NCBI GenBank assembly: GCA_965223265.1
Contig: OZ244999.1
Location: 1,824,001 to 1,888,000, forward strand
Direction: 5' to 3'
Length of the DNA stretch: 64,000 nucleotides
Source of the DNA: Planctomycetota bacterium
GTDB taxonomy: Bacteria; Planctomycetota; UBA8108; SXIK01
Shown: in pieces, positions 48,123-58,555 of the stretch
How the letters are laid out: every line of letters starts with the position of its first letter
Position numbering within the stretch: position 1 is the stretch's first letter
Made by a program: the position numbers and the translations under genes
The notes under the pieces: model-generated
The model's database searches: none
Told to the model about the DNA's origin: nothing
The model's input: the letters and a program-made list of their open reading frames with translations, nothing else

Positions 48123-48752
48123 ATGAAGAGTTTGACTGCTCTCGCTGTTTTCTCTTTGTCTCTCTTGTACACGGCAGGCGCGTGCGCCGAACCGATGAAG
48201 GTCACGCTCGATCTGACCGGCGTGCTCAACAACGACGCTGGTGTTGACACCGCGGGGATCGAGAAGTTCGGCACCATTACGTTCATGGACGACGGCAACG
48301 GTGGGGTCGATGTTTGGGTCGAGACCACGGTCGGTTCGAAGATCCAGGCGGTCTACTTGAATGCCAAGGATGGCGTCTCACCGGACCTGACGCTGTCCCC
48401 GGGCGGAAACGTTGACTTCGACGGCATTCCGAATGGCAATTCGCTCGGTCAGAAGTTCGATCTCGGCTGGGACAAGCTCAAAGCCGGCAACTCGTTCCAC
48501 GCCAACATCTCTGGCGACGACATCAGCGTCAGCGATTTCATCACCAAAGGCGGCGGAACGATCTATGCTGCCGTCAAAATCGCTGGCATCGACCCGGGCG
48601 ACAAGTCCATGTGGGTGGGCGCCGTTCCTGAGCCCGCCAGCTTGGTGCTTCTCGGCGGCGGTTTGCTCTCGCTGGCAGGGTTGTCCCGAGTCAGGCGGAG
48701 GCAGCGTTCACAGCCCACCGCGGAAGAAGAGAATCCAGCGGCGGCGAAGTAG
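48123..48752 (+). CDS. PEP-CTERM sorting domain protein
   Basis: Signal peptide; VPEPASLVLLGGGLLSLAGLSRVRRR. Confidence 0.9.
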   Translation: MKSLTALAVFSLSLLYTAGACAEPMKVTLDLTGVLNNDAGVDTAGIEKFGTITFMDDGNGGVDVWVETTVGSKIQAVYLNAKDGVSPDLTLSPGGNVDFDGIPNGNSLGQKFDLGWDKLKAGNSFHANISGDDISVSDFITKGGGTIYAAVKIAGIDPGDKSMWVGAVPEPASLVLLGGGLLSLAGLSRVRRRQRSQPTAEEENPAAAK

Positions 48753-48778
48753 TTCGCCTGAGACCGCAATGAAACTGA

Positions 48779-48815
48779 GGCGCGACTTCCTCCGGAGGCC
48801 GCGCCCTTTTCTTTT
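48779..48815 (+). terminator. Probable intrinsic terminator
   Basis: Imperfect stem ggcgcgacttcc/ggaggccgcgcc followed by cttttctttt. Confidence 0.55.
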
Positions 48816-49184
48816 GTGGGGAAACTTTGGCCGTGCGGCGGAATTCGTCACCGCGGCCTGATAGCCGCCGTTGTTGTTAGCGTCGTCAATGCGAACGCCA
48901 GAGAGAGCTTGAGACCGGAGGGCGTCAGGATCGTCCTTCGACGGCCAGCCGACGGCGCGGGTGGCGGTAGAATTCCCGTCAAAGTTGTGGACTAATGATC
49001 GCGGGCGACGGGCCTCGGGGGGGAAGGCTGTCGTCTGCCCCCGGGCGAGGCCGGATGGTCTGGCTGCCGCTCTTCGTTGTCCTGCTCCCGCCGTCTTTGC
49101 CACATGTGCGTCGCCTCAAGCGGTGGCGCGGCCTACCGATTCGGTCCCACGAAGTGAGATCGCCAGTTGTTGCGGAGAACTTTC

Positions 49185-51761
49185 ATGGTGTTTCCCCGTC
49201 GTCCGGATGTCGCGATTCTTGTAGGCATCGCAACGATTTGTTTGCTCACGGCCACCACCACTTTTGGGAACGATCGCGCTGCACAGCCGCCGCGCACCGC
49301 ACTGCGTCCGGACCTCCTGCACCAACCCGGACTCTTGAAGGCTGAGTACATCTTCCACCAACCCCCTTTTCCTCATTGCCACGCGTCGACGATCGCGGAG
49401 ACGCGGTTGGGCCTCGTTTGCGCTTGGTTTGGCGGCACGGATGAGGGGGAGCCAGACGTCGGGATTTGGTTCTCACGGCAGCTTGGCCCCGACTGGACTC
49501 CACCTGTGGAACTAGCCAACGGTATTGTCCGCGACGGGGAACGGCATCCGTGTTGGAACCCGGTTCTCTTCTTCACACCGGGTGGGAAGTTGTTGCTCTT
49601 CTACAAGATCGGACCGGACCCTGACTCGTGGTGGGGGATGTTGGTTGAGTCTGACGATCACGGCACGACTTGGAACGCGCCTCGTCGTCTACCCCACGAC
49701 GTCTTCGGGCCGATTCGAGCCAAGCCGGTATTGCTCCCGGACGGCCGACTTCTTTGCGGATCGAGCACGGAAGATCAGGGATGGCGGGTGCACGTCGAGT
49801 GGACCGCCGATTTCGGTCACGCCTGGGGGCGTTCAGGCGCGCTGAACGACGGCAAGGAGTTCGCCGCGATTCAGCCGACCATTCTCACGCACACCGATGC
49901 GCGCCTGCAGATCCTCTGCCGCAGCGACGACAATCTTCGCCAGGCTTGGTCGAGCGACGGTGGCCATACCTGGACGAGGCTTGAGAAATCGACGCTGCCG
50001 AACCCGAGTGCAGGGATCGATGCGGTCAATCTGAAGGACGGTCGAAAGCTTCTCGTCTATAACCACTCCACGCGGCGAAGTGGCGGACGATCCAAATTGA
50101 ATGTGGCGCTTTCGGAAGACGGCCAGACCTGGCTAGCGGCGCTGAAACTCGAGGACGTCACACTCGATGACGGAAGCGGCGCCCACGGCGGGTATCCCGC
50201 GGCGATTCAAGCGAGCGACGGTCTTGTGCACGTGACGTATACCGGCTGGCGAAGCCAGCGGATTCATCACGTCGTGATCGACCCGAAACAACTTCAGGCG
50301 CGGCCAATGAACGACGATGGATCGTGGCCGGAGCCGACCCCGGACTACCTCGGCATCGTGAAGACCTATGCGGAGGTGCTGCTCGAAAACGGCCGCGACA
50401 CGTACGGCGCTGTCCATTCGCCGCTGGTAGCCGTCACTCTTCAGCGGCAGACGCGAAAGCTCCACGACGAATCCGGGCGCAAGGCTCTGTGGAATATCCG
50501 CCTCGACGACTGGGAAAACTGGGGCATTCGAAACTCCGACCGCATCTATTCCGGCGCCAACCCGATGCGGGATCAGAACCTTTATCAAGTGCTCTATGCG
50601 CTCACGGCCATCACGGGTGACGAGCACTATGCGCGTGAGGCGAATCGCACGCTTCGATGGTTCTTCGAGAACTGTCAAAGCCCGACGACCGGGCTTTTGG
50701 CGTGGGGCGAACATCTCGGCTGGGATTTCTTCGACGAGGTTCCGGTCGCCAAGCGAAAGGGCGATGGGATTCACGAATTCGCTCGGCCCTGGGTGTTGTG
50801 GGAGCGTTCCTTCGAGCTGGCGCCGTCGGCGTGCAAGCGATATGCACGAGGTCTTTGGGAGCATCAGATCGCCGACCACAAGACGGGGGACTTTTCTCGT
50901 CATGCGATGTGGGGACGGCACGATGTGGCTGTTGGCGATGGATATCCTCGCCACGGCGGGTTTTACATCACTACGTGGTCGGAAGCCTACGCGCGGTCCA
51001 AAGAGCCGGTTTTTCTCCAGGCCATTGACAAGCTCGTCGATCACTACAACCGCACAAGCCATCCACGAACGGGAGCGATTTCGTGCTGCACGCGCCCCGA
51101 GCGCGTCAGCATCATCTGGCCGGAGAGCAACCTCTCGCTCGCCGTCGACCTGTGGGACGCCGCAGCAAGAGTGCCGGTCGATCTGGCAGAGAAGATGCGG
51201 GCGCGAGCGCGCAAGACTGACGAGATTTACCTGAGCCTGGCTCACGACTTTAGCCCCGAAGGAAAAGGCTTCGTCTGCGGTGCGAACGCGGCAACTCTCG
51301 AGCGTAAGATCGACGGCGGCTGGACGGATAGTGATCTTTGGGCTACGAGCTACGGCAAGCCTACGGATGCACAGATCGTCCTTCTCTGCCATCTCCGCTA
51401 TCAGCAAACGAAGGACGAGCGATACAAGAGGCTGATACTTGCCTGCGCGTCGCGATACCTCAGTGGACCACCGCGGCGCCAAAGTGGACTTCACCCAATG
51501 ACTCTCGGGCACGTGATCAAGCTGATGCTGGTGGCTGAAGATCTTACGGGGGATAAAGCATTTCTTCGGCAGGCTCATCGATACGCTCGCATGGCCGTGC
51601 GGCTCTTCTTGCGTGATCAGCCGCTGCCGAGAGCCACATCGAAGTATCCGCACTACGAGGCCGTCAGCGGTGGAGACACACTCATGATGGCGTTCCTGGA
51701 GTTGTGGCTTCGTCAACACGACCCCAGTCACACCCTCAACTTGGTCTTCAGCGATCGGTGA
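49185..51761 (+). CDS. Sialidase-like (BNR repeat) domain fused to a helical lyase-like C-terminal domain
   Basis: CHASTIAE, WFGGTDEG, Asp-boxes SDDHGTTW/SSDGGHTW/SEDGQTW; second half begins YLGIVKTYAEVLLENGRDTYG. Confidence 0.82.
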   Translation: MVFPRRPDVAILVGIATICLLTATTTFGNDRAAQPPRTALRPDLLHQPGLLKAEYIFHQPPFPHCHASTIAETRLGLVCAWFGGTDEGEPDVGIWFSRQLGPDWTPPVELANGIVRDGERHPCWNPVLFFTPGGKLLLFYKIGPDPDSWWGMLVESDDHGTTWNAPRRLPHDVFGPIRAKPVLLPDGRLLCGSSTEDQGWRVHVEWTADFGHAWGRSGALNDGKEFAAIQPTILTHTDARLQILCRSDDNLRQAWSSDGGHTWTRLEKSTLPNPSAGIDAVNLKDGRKLLVYNHSTRRSGGRSKLNVALSEDGQTWLAALKLEDVTLDDGSGAHGGYPAAIQASDGLVHVTYTGWRSQRIHHVVIDPKQLQARPMNDDGSWPEPTPDYLGIVKTYAEVLLENGRDTYGAVHSPLVAVTLQRQTRKLHDESGRKALWNIRLDDWENWGIRNSDRIYSGANPMRDQNLYQVLYALTAITGDEHYAREANRTLRWFFENCQSPTTGLLAWGEHLGWDFFDEVPVAKRKGDGIHEFARPWVLWERSFELAPSACKRYARGLWEHQIADHKTGDFSRHAMWGRHDVAVGDGYPRHGGFYITTWSEAYARSKEPVFLQAIDKLVDHYNRTSHPRTGAISCCTRPERVSIIWPESNLSLAVDLWDAAARVPVDLAEKMRARARKTDEIYLSLAHDFSPEGKGFVCGANAATLERKIDGGWTDSDLWATSYGKPTDAQIVLLCHLRYQQTKDERYKRLILACASRYLSGPPRRQSGLHPMTLGHVIKLMLVAEDLTGDKAFLRQAHRYARMAVRLFLRDQPLPRATSKYPHYEAVSGGDTLMMAFLELWLRQHDPSHTLNLVFSDR

Positions 51762-51854
51762 GGTGAGTCGGTCCCCGTGGCATGAGAACGTCTCACGAAG
51801 TGTGGTCGGGCCTTGAAAGCGAAGAGGCGGCGATCGTTGTTGCGACGGCGAAAC

Positions 51855-51975
51855 CTTGCTGTCTGCTTGATTTCCGCGGCTCCGGACGGCTCCGGACGGC
51901 TCCGCTTCGCCGCCAAAACGCAGACAGGCGAGAGGATCGGCCTTCTCATGTCGCCGACAGCGACTTGAGAAGGCC
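51855..51975. repeat. Intergenic palindromic (REP-like) structure
   Basis: tgtctgc/gcagaca arms enclosing tandem cggctccgga; hairpin ggccttctca...tgagaaggcc at 51939-51975. Confidence 0.5.
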
Positions 51976-52127
51976 AGCTGTAGCAGCGACACTGTTTGCG
52001 ACGGCTCGAAGGTCGTCGACGCCGTCGAGCCGTTCTCGCCGGCGAACGCGAGAGACTGCCTGGTAGCAAGCGGTTGTTCATCGGTCGTCGGCGCACGACG
52101 CGATGCGGCACATGGAAGGAGACGATC

Positions 52128-53162
52128 ATGCTCAACGACAGCCATCGGACCGCGTTGACTCTACTGCTGGCGCTGGTGCTGAACCTTCCGTTGTCCGCGG
52201 CGGAACACCAGTTTCTGTGGCAGACCAACTCCGCCGGCGATGACGTGCATGTCATCGACACGGCGGAGAACAAGGTCGTCCGTCGCATCGTTGTTGGCTC
52301 CCAGCCCCATGGCATCGCGGCGCCCGACGACGCGAGTGTCGTGTTCGTGTCCATCGAAGCCTTCGCGCAAAAGAGCGGTGAGCTGATTTGGATTGACCCG
52401 GTGACCTACGAGATCCCTCACCGCCTGCCGATCGGGCCGAAGCCGAATCACCTCGCATGCACTCCTGACGGTGAGTGGGTCTATGTGCCTTGTAATGACG
52501 AGAATTACTGGGTGATCAACGCGAACACTCGTCGTGTCGTCAAAAAAATCCATACGGGCGGTCGACCGCACAACACGACTGCTTCACGCGACGGTCGCTG
52601 GATGTATCTGTCGCCGATCGGTCGGCACCATGTCACGATAGTCGACGTCGAGGCGGGGCATGAAGTCGTCGGTAAACTGCCGTTTTCCGATTCCGTTAGG
52701 CCACCTGCACTCTCGGCGGACAACAAACGGTTTTTTCAGAACGTCGACGGGTTGATCGGGTTCGAGGTGGCGGACATTCCTGCACGCAAGCTCGTGGCAC
52801 GCGTCGAACACAAGATTCCCTCCGGCTACGAGGGGAAGAAGAGTCGCTGCCACGGACTGGCGATTCGACCCGATCAGAAAGAAATCTGGTCCTGCAATGT
52901 CGAGCATCGCACTGTGCATGTGCATGACATCACAAAGCCGAACTACCCTGAGGTGGCGGCCGTTCGGATGATTGGGCGTATCTATTGGCTCTGTTTTTCT
53001 CCAGACAGTCGCTACGCCTATGTGGCCGTGCGCAGCGAGAAAAAAGTTTGCGTCGTCGATACCGCAACGAAAGAGATCGTGACTCACGTTGGCGTCGGCG
53101 AAGTACCCAAGCGGAACCTGGTCATCACGCTTCGCCAGCCGGCGAAAGCGGCGTCCCGATGA
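52128..53162 (+). CDS. YncE/YVTN-type beta-propeller protein
   Basis: Signal peptide; TNSAGDDVHVID, PHGIA, PHN, HGLAIRPD repeats. Confidence 0.85.
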   Translation: MLNDSHRTALTLLLALVLNLPLSAAEHQFLWQTNSAGDDVHVIDTAENKVVRRIVVGSQPHGIAAPDDASVVFVSIEAFAQKSGELIWIDPVTYEIPHRLPIGPKPNHLACTPDGEWVYVPCNDENYWVINANTRRVVKKIHTGGRPHNTTASRDGRWMYLSPIGRHHVTIVDVEAGHEVVGKLPFSDSVRPPALSADNKRFFQNVDGLIGFEVADIPARKLVARVEHKIPSGYEGKKSRCHGLAIRPDQKEIWSCNVEHRTVHVHDITKPNYPEVAAVRMIGRIYWLCFSPDSRYAYVAVRSEKKVCVVDTATKEIVTHVGVGEVPKRNLVITLRQPAKAASR

Positions 53163-53656
53163 ATTTACGCTCGTGTTTCGTTCGCGCCGTTAGTTGCGTT
53201 TCCGTTGCGCTGAGCTGCGTGAGCGGTTGTGACGGAAATGGCAGCTCAGCGAAACTCTACCTTGAGCTCGGACGGGCGCGGTATGAAACTAGCTGCGCGG
53301 CGTGTCATGCGGCGGACGGTGGTGGGCGACCAGGGGTGGCGTCGCCCCTGGCTGGCTCGGAGTGGGTCACCGCAGACGAGGGCATTCTCATCCGTATCGC
53401 GCTTCATGGCGTCCGCGGCGAAATTGTGGTGAAGGGCAAGACGTACAACCTTGAGATGCCTGGCTTTCATACCGTGTTTGGGGATCAGGATCTCGCCGCG
53501 ATTCTCTCCTACGTGCGGCAGGCTTGGGGGAACCGCGCCGAGCCCATTGAGCCGGCGACCGTGGCTCAACTCCGCAGCGCCTTCCAGGGGCGCGGGGATT
53601 CATGGACGGCGGCGGAGCTCATGCGGCTCGACCCGGCGGCGTTCAACGCGCCTTAG
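53159..53656 (+). CDS. Cytochrome c (probable lipoprotein)
   Basis: ATGA overlap with the upstream gene; VSGC lipobox-like; CAACH; MPGF; SYVRQAWGN. Confidence 0.9.
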   Translation: MNLRSCFVRAVSCVSVALSCVSGCDGNGSSAKLYLELGRARYETSCAACHAADGGGRPGVASPLAGSEWVTADEGILIRIALHGVRGEIVVKGKTYNLEMPGFHTVFGDQDLAAILSYVRQAWGNRAEPIEPATVAQLRSAFQGRGDSWTAAELMRLDPAAFNAP

Positions 53657-53739
53657 CTGCCGCCGGCCAGGGTCGCCGGCTGAGCTCGATTTCGACGGGT
53701 TGGCGGCCTTGTTGGATTTCGGCAACGCTCCCCGGTCGT

Positions 53740-55002
53740 CTATCCCTTCGTGCCGACCGCGTAGAGAAACGTGTCACTGCGAAGGTAAAGACGGTCGTGG
53801 GCTACAATTGGGCTGGCGTTGAACGTGCTCTTGTCGTTGAGTTGGTTGTGAGCGATCTGCTCGAACTGCGGTGACGCGCGAAGAACGAACGTGCCGCTTT
53901 TGCGCGTGACGATGAACACTTTGCCGTCAGCGAAAGTCGCCGACGCGTAGGGTTGGCCTTCGAAATCGCGCTCATGGACGATCTCGCCGTCGGCGAGACG
54001 CAAGCAATAGGCTCTCTTGTTGCGATCGCTGACCCAGTACATGTGGCCGTTGTGAATGACGGGGGAGGAAACGTTGGCCCCTGCCTTCGCTTCCCAGAGC
54101 CGGTGCGAGTCTGTAACATTGCCGCGGCCTCCTGTCCGCACCGCGATGGCGCGAGAAGCGCGCCCCCCGATCACATAAACAACACCGTCGTGGGACACGA
54201 CGCTGGGGCAAACGTAATCTTGGATTCCTTCGCAGTGCCAAAGTTCCTTTCCGGAGCGGGGGTCGAACGCTAGTAGCTTGCCTTGAATGCTGACAACGAG
54301 TTCCGCGCGGCCCTTCCCGTTTTTCACCACGTGTGGGGTGTTCCACGACTGTTTCATGCCGCTGGCGCGCCACGCCTCCTCGCCGGAGGATTTGTGGAAT
54401 GCAATCAGGGCGCCGCTTTCGACGCTGGCGTTGACGATGACTAAATCGTCGTAGAGCACGGGCGAGGTTCCGCACCCCCACGGGTGGGTGTTCTCCCCCG
54501 TCGCGGCACGCCAGACTTGGTTGCCTTCGAGATCGAATTTGAACAAGCCACTCTTGCCAAAGTAGACGTAGACGTGCTTGCCATCAGTGGCCGGCGTGGC
54601 AGCCGCGTAGCCGTGATCGCGCACGGTCTCGGCCTCCGGGAGCGATGGCTCAACGACGGTCTCCCACTCGATCGCTGCGTCCTTGCGATTGACGCAAACT
54701 ACGTGAAGTTTTAGATCTTCCATCTTGCCGAACTTTTTCGGATACGTGCCGTATCCGCTATAGCACGTCAAGTAGAGACGGTCGCCGAGCGCAATCGGGC
54801 TCGACGCGCCGCGACCGGGGAGCTTCAGTTTCCACACGAGATTCTGCGTGTCGCTCCAGTGACTCGGGATCCCCGTGGCTTCAGCGACACCCAGGCCGCC
54901 GGGACCTCGGAATTGGGGCCAGTCCTTGGCGACGAGCTTCGTCGGCTGCAGCGCCGGGGCGACAAACACTAGTAGACACAAGATGAGGATCCGATGGGGC
55001 AC
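53740..55002 (-). CDS. PQQ-binding-like beta-propeller repeat protein
   Basis: AGGAG then GTG; signal peptide; DWPQFRGP, GASSPI, TPATDG, ASPIV...LYLRS. Confidence 0.9.
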   Translation of the reverse strand: MPHRILILCLLVFVAPALQPTKLVAKDWPQFRGPGGLGVAEATGIPSHWSDTQNLVWKLKLPGRGASSPIALGDRLYLTCYSGYGTYPKKFGKMEDLKLHVVCVNRKDAAIEWETVVEPSLPEAETVRDHGYAAATPATDGKHVYVYFGKSGLFKFDLEGNQVWRAATGENTHPWGCGTSPVLYDDLVIVNASVESGALIAFHKSSGEEAWRASGMKQSWNTPHVVKNGKGRAELVVSIQGKLLAFDPRSGKELWHCEGIQDYVCPSVVSHDGVVYVIGGRASRAIAVRTGGRGNVTDSHRLWEAKAGANVSSPVIHNGHMYWVSDRNKRAYCLRLADGEIVHERDFEGQPYASATFADGKVFIVTRKSGTFVLRASPQFEQIAHNQLNDKSTFNASPIVAHDRLYLRSDTFLYAVGTKG

Positions 55003-55417
55003 GACGCTGACTCTCCTGATAGCTTTGAAACGTTGAAGACCGACCGAGCCACATGATAACAGGGCCGGGGGGGGGCGGAAAAGTTCCCATAATGACCTCG
55101 CTCCGCGCGTGGTGAGGGCACGCGGTGCGGCTCGGCGGCAGCGACGCGACCGCCGGCGGCGCCGAAACGTGCCTGGATGTCGATCAGGCGCATCCCCCTG
55201 GCCAGGCGCGCCTACGGATTCGCCGATGGTGTGATAATGCTGCACAATTCGGGCGGAGAAAAAAAAACTCACGGGATTCTTGGCGCCAGATACTGGAGAA
55301 CTGAGCTCACACTCTCTACAATCACCGCTTCTTGCTCTCCAGCAGTGTCGGAGGGCGATTCTCATTGCTCTGGGCTTGACTCTCGGAGCACCACGATTCC
55401 ATGAGGAGCACCGAGAC

Positions 55418-55699
55418 TTGGTTCAGAAGCTTTACGTTGGAAATCTTCCCTTCAGCGCGACGGAGGGAGACGTGCGGGAGCTTTTTGCTCAGCACGGTGA
55501 AGTCATCTCTGTGAGTTTGATTTCTGATCGCGAGACAGGTCGTCCGCGCGGTTTTGGTTTTGTCGAGATGGAAAGCTCAGCAGCGAGCGCAGCAATCGAG
55601 GCGCTCAATGGGGCAGAACTCGATGGCCGAGCCCTCAAAGTGAACGAGGCGCGGGAACGAGGCGGCGGCGGCGGCGGCGGCGGTGGACGGAGATACTGA
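55418..55699 (+). CDS. RRM RNA-binding protein with Gly-rich tail
   Basis: GAGGAG then TTG; KLYVGNL (RNP2), RGFGFVEM (RNP1), VNEARER, poly-Gly. Confidence 0.95.
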   Translation: MVQKLYVGNLPFSATEGDVRELFAQHGEVISVSLISDRETGRPRGFGFVEMESSAASAAIEALNGAELDGRALKVNEARERGGGGGGGGGRRY

Positions 55700-55727
55700 C
55701 GCCCCGAGAGCTTAGAATTCAAAGAGT

Positions 55728-55776
55728 CTCAGCGTATGGGCCCGCTTCTGAGAGGGAGCTGGCGCCATACGCTGAG
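55728..55776 (+). terminator. Hairpin downstream of the RRM gene
   Basis: 12-bp stem ctcagcgtatgg/ccatacgctgag; no long U tract. Confidence 0.5.
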
Positions 55777-55926
55777 TTGATTAACGGAGCGTGCCTGGGA
55801 GGGCCACCAGCATGTGGCTGCGTCAGTGAGGGCTGACCGATTCACGGTTGGCTCAAGCTGTCGCCGAAAACATCCCAGCCGAACACTCTGTCGGCGCGCG
55901 CGTCTCGGCCTCGACTGTGCTGCGAT

Positions 55927-57153
55927 GTGAACGCCAGAGACCGAGAGACAACGAGTACGTCAAGCATGAGGCGGACAGCAACGGTGCGCGGAGAGACGAT
56001 ACGTCAACAGACTACGAGGCTTCCTTCGGACGCCGCGACGGCGGATGTGAAGGACGCTAAACAACGACTCGATTCGAGTTCTAAATCGAGCGCAGACCAT
56101 ATCGACGCGATGGTGGTCGGCGACGATGAACTTCGCGACGGCCGCCGCCTGGTGCGTGAAACGCGCCCGTTCGCCCGCGAGCGACGCTGGCAGAGTTGGT
56201 GGTGTACGCTTTCTTCCCTTGCCGCCTTCTGTGCTGCGATCGCGGTGGTTTGCCTCGACATTTCCTGGTGGATCCGAGTCCCTCTCAGCGTCGTGATCGG
56301 ACTTTTGCATGTCCGACTCTTTGTCATCCACCACGATTTTCTGCATGGCACGATTCTGGAGCACTCACCTTTGGCGACGACACTGTTTCGCCTGTATGGG
56401 CTCTTCGCGTTGTCGCCCGCAAGCGTCTGGAAAGCCACTCATGACCACCACCATTTGAACAATTCGCGCAAGTTTGGTGTCGACAGCGTTGGCTCGTTCC
56501 CCGTCATGTCGACCGACGAGTTTCGCGCTGCCACCCGACGGGAGCGTTTGGTCTACACGATCTCGCGTCATCCCCTGACGATCGCTTTCGGCTACCTGAC
56601 GGTGTTTCTCTGGAGCTTGTGCATCCGTCCGTTTTTGACGAATCCGCGTCGGCACCTTGACGGTGGAATTGCCGCCCTCTTTCACATCGGCCTGGTCGCG
56701 GTGCTGGGGTACTTCCGGCCGGACATCATGGTGCTTGTGTTCATCATTCCGTACACGATCGCGTGCGCCTTGGGAGCCTACCTGTTCTATGCCCAACACA
56801 CCTTTCCCGGCGCCAAATTGAGGGTCGAGGACGAATGGGATTACGTCTTCGCCGCCCTCCGCTCGTCCAGCCTCATCAAGATGAATCCGGTGATGCAGTG
56901 GTTCACTGCGAATATCGGATACCATCACATTCATCACCTGAATGCTCACATCCCCTTCTATCGGCTGCCAGAAGCCATGCACGCGTTTAAGGAGCTGCAG
57001 TCGCCAACGACTACGTCGCTCCGACCCGGCGACATTGCCCAGTGCTTACGGTTGAACCTCTGGGACCCTGAAAAGGACAGCTTCGTCAGTTTCGCTGAGG
57101 AACGGGAGGCTCGGACTCAGGCTCAAGCGGCCGGGCAGTCGACGGAGGACTGA
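55927..57153 (+). CDS. Fatty acid desaturase (true start probably 56047 or 56110)
   Basis: His boxes HHDFLH, HDHHH and HHIHH. Confidence 0.92.
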   Translation: MNARDRETTSTSSMRRTATVRGETIRQQTTRLPSDAATADVKDAKQRLDSSSKSSADHIDAMVVGDDELRDGRRLVRETRPFARERRWQSWWCTLSSLAAFCAAIAVVCLDISWWIRVPLSVVIGLLHVRLFVIHHDFLHGTILEHSPLATTLFRLYGLFALSPASVWKATHDHHHLNNSRKFGVDSVGSFPVMSTDEFRAATRRERLVYTISRHPLTIAFGYLTVFLWSLCIRPFLTNPRRHLDGGIAALFHIGLVAVLGYFRPDIMVLVFIIPYTIACALGAYLFYAQHTFPGAKLRVEDEWDYVFAALRSSSLIKMNPVMQWFTANIGYHHIHHLNAHIPFYRLPEAMHAFKELQSPTTTSLRPGDIAQCLRLNLWDPEKDSFVSFAEEREARTQAQAAGQSTED

Positions 57154-57208
57154 GCCGCCGCCGTATCCGTATCCGCGTCGAGTGTTTCCGGCTTGTGCTC
57201 GATTGGAA

Positions 57209-57934
57209 CTACGTCGTAGGCTCCGCAGTCGCGCTTTCTGTGAGATGTGAGACAAGGAGCTCTACAGTCGGGTGTTCGCGAAGCCGTTCGTGTTCGCTGC
57301 GCACGAAGATCACTAGCTCTCTTTCCTCCTCGAGCGAGAGGTGAATTCCCGTCAGTTCTGCCGCTTGTTCCCCGCGGCACTTGAGCTTGATCCACGTGTC
57401 GCAGCAGCTGTCGAGCTCGACCAGGCTCCGATACTCGAACACGTCGTGCATCGACGGTGAAGCATCCGCGTACTTCGAAAGCTGGAGCAGTTCCGTGCCG
57501 TAGCGGTTCGAGTAGCGGATGTGTCCCGCTGAGTATTCGAACACACCCAATGACAGCGGCGCTGGGCGTGGCTGGGCGCCAAGCACCGAATCTACCGCTG
57601 ACACCGCCGTGTCTGAGGTCAGGGGTTTTTGCAGAACGGCTGAGACGCCGAGGCGATCAATCGCTGCGGTGGTCTTGGGGTCCGTGTTGGCGTCTGTGAC
57701 GACGGCTCGTGTGTCGGGTTGGATCGACCGCAACGCGCTGATTGCCTCGAGGGTCGTGATTCTGCCGTGCGTGCCAGCGTCCGCGAAGATTACGTTGGGC
57801 CTGAATGCAACTGCGATTCTGATGGCATGACTAGGGTCGCCCGTCAGCTGAATCGTGTGTCCCTGCGCCTGCAGGGCGAGTCCGAGCTGCATCGATCGCA
57901 GACTATCGGTGTGAATGCAGAGGATGCGAGCCAT
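57209..57934 (-). CDS. Atypical response regulator (receiver domain + PAS-like C-terminus)
   Basis: ARILCIHTD, PNVIFAD, AVVT, VLQKP; acidic pocket degenerate. Confidence 0.75.
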   Translation of the reverse strand: MARILCIHTDSLRSMQLGLALQAQGHTIQLTGDPSHAIRIAVAFRPNVIFADAGTHGRITTLEAISALRSIQPDTRAVVTDANTDPKTTAAIDRLGVSAVLQKPLTSDTAVSAVDSVLGAQPRPAPLSLGVFEYSAGHIRYSNRYGTELLQLSKYADASPSMHDVFEYRSLVELDSCCDTWIKLKCRGEQAAELTGIHLSLEEERELVIFVRSEHERLREHPTVELLVSHLTESATAEPTT

Positions 57935-58555
57935 TCGTTTTCCTTTGCGAAGATGGGCCTGCCCGGACGCTTCTCCCGCCGCGAAGCGAATCGATGGAAT
58001 CATGTTGGCCTTTGGCGGCCTGGCGACTAGATATATCGGTGCCCACTTCGGTCTTCGTTGAACGGATTCTGATGGTTTGTAACTGGTCCACGAGTAAGCG
58101 TTTGTGGATTGTTTGTTGTTTGTACAGTGCGGGTGAGTGTGTGCCTGCCCGGACTACTCGCGACGTGAGTCCGCTGCGGGCCACGCGTTGGTCTTGTCGT
58201 TGGTTGATCCAGCTCGAAGGTAGCGGCCGGTAACGAGGTGAAGGAGTAGACTTGAAGGAGGAGCGTTGACCTCGAGATTGGCTATTTCGCGTCGAGCCTG
58301 GGAACCCCAGGAGCGTCGAGGCCAAGGAGTGACTCGGGCGCGATCCGCTCGGGATGGCGAGGGACCGGCGCAGGCATCGGCGCTTCTAACCTAACGCTAG
58401 GGTTCTCTCGAGGCCGGACAGAAGTTTTTGAACACGCACAAGTGCCCTCAGGGTAAAAAAGTCGAGAAGGCCTGTGAGCCCCGGCAAACTCGTCCGGCGA
58501 GGCCGACGCGAAATGGCAAAACTCGAGTAGTCGAGCTGTCGCGCGGAGTTTTGGC

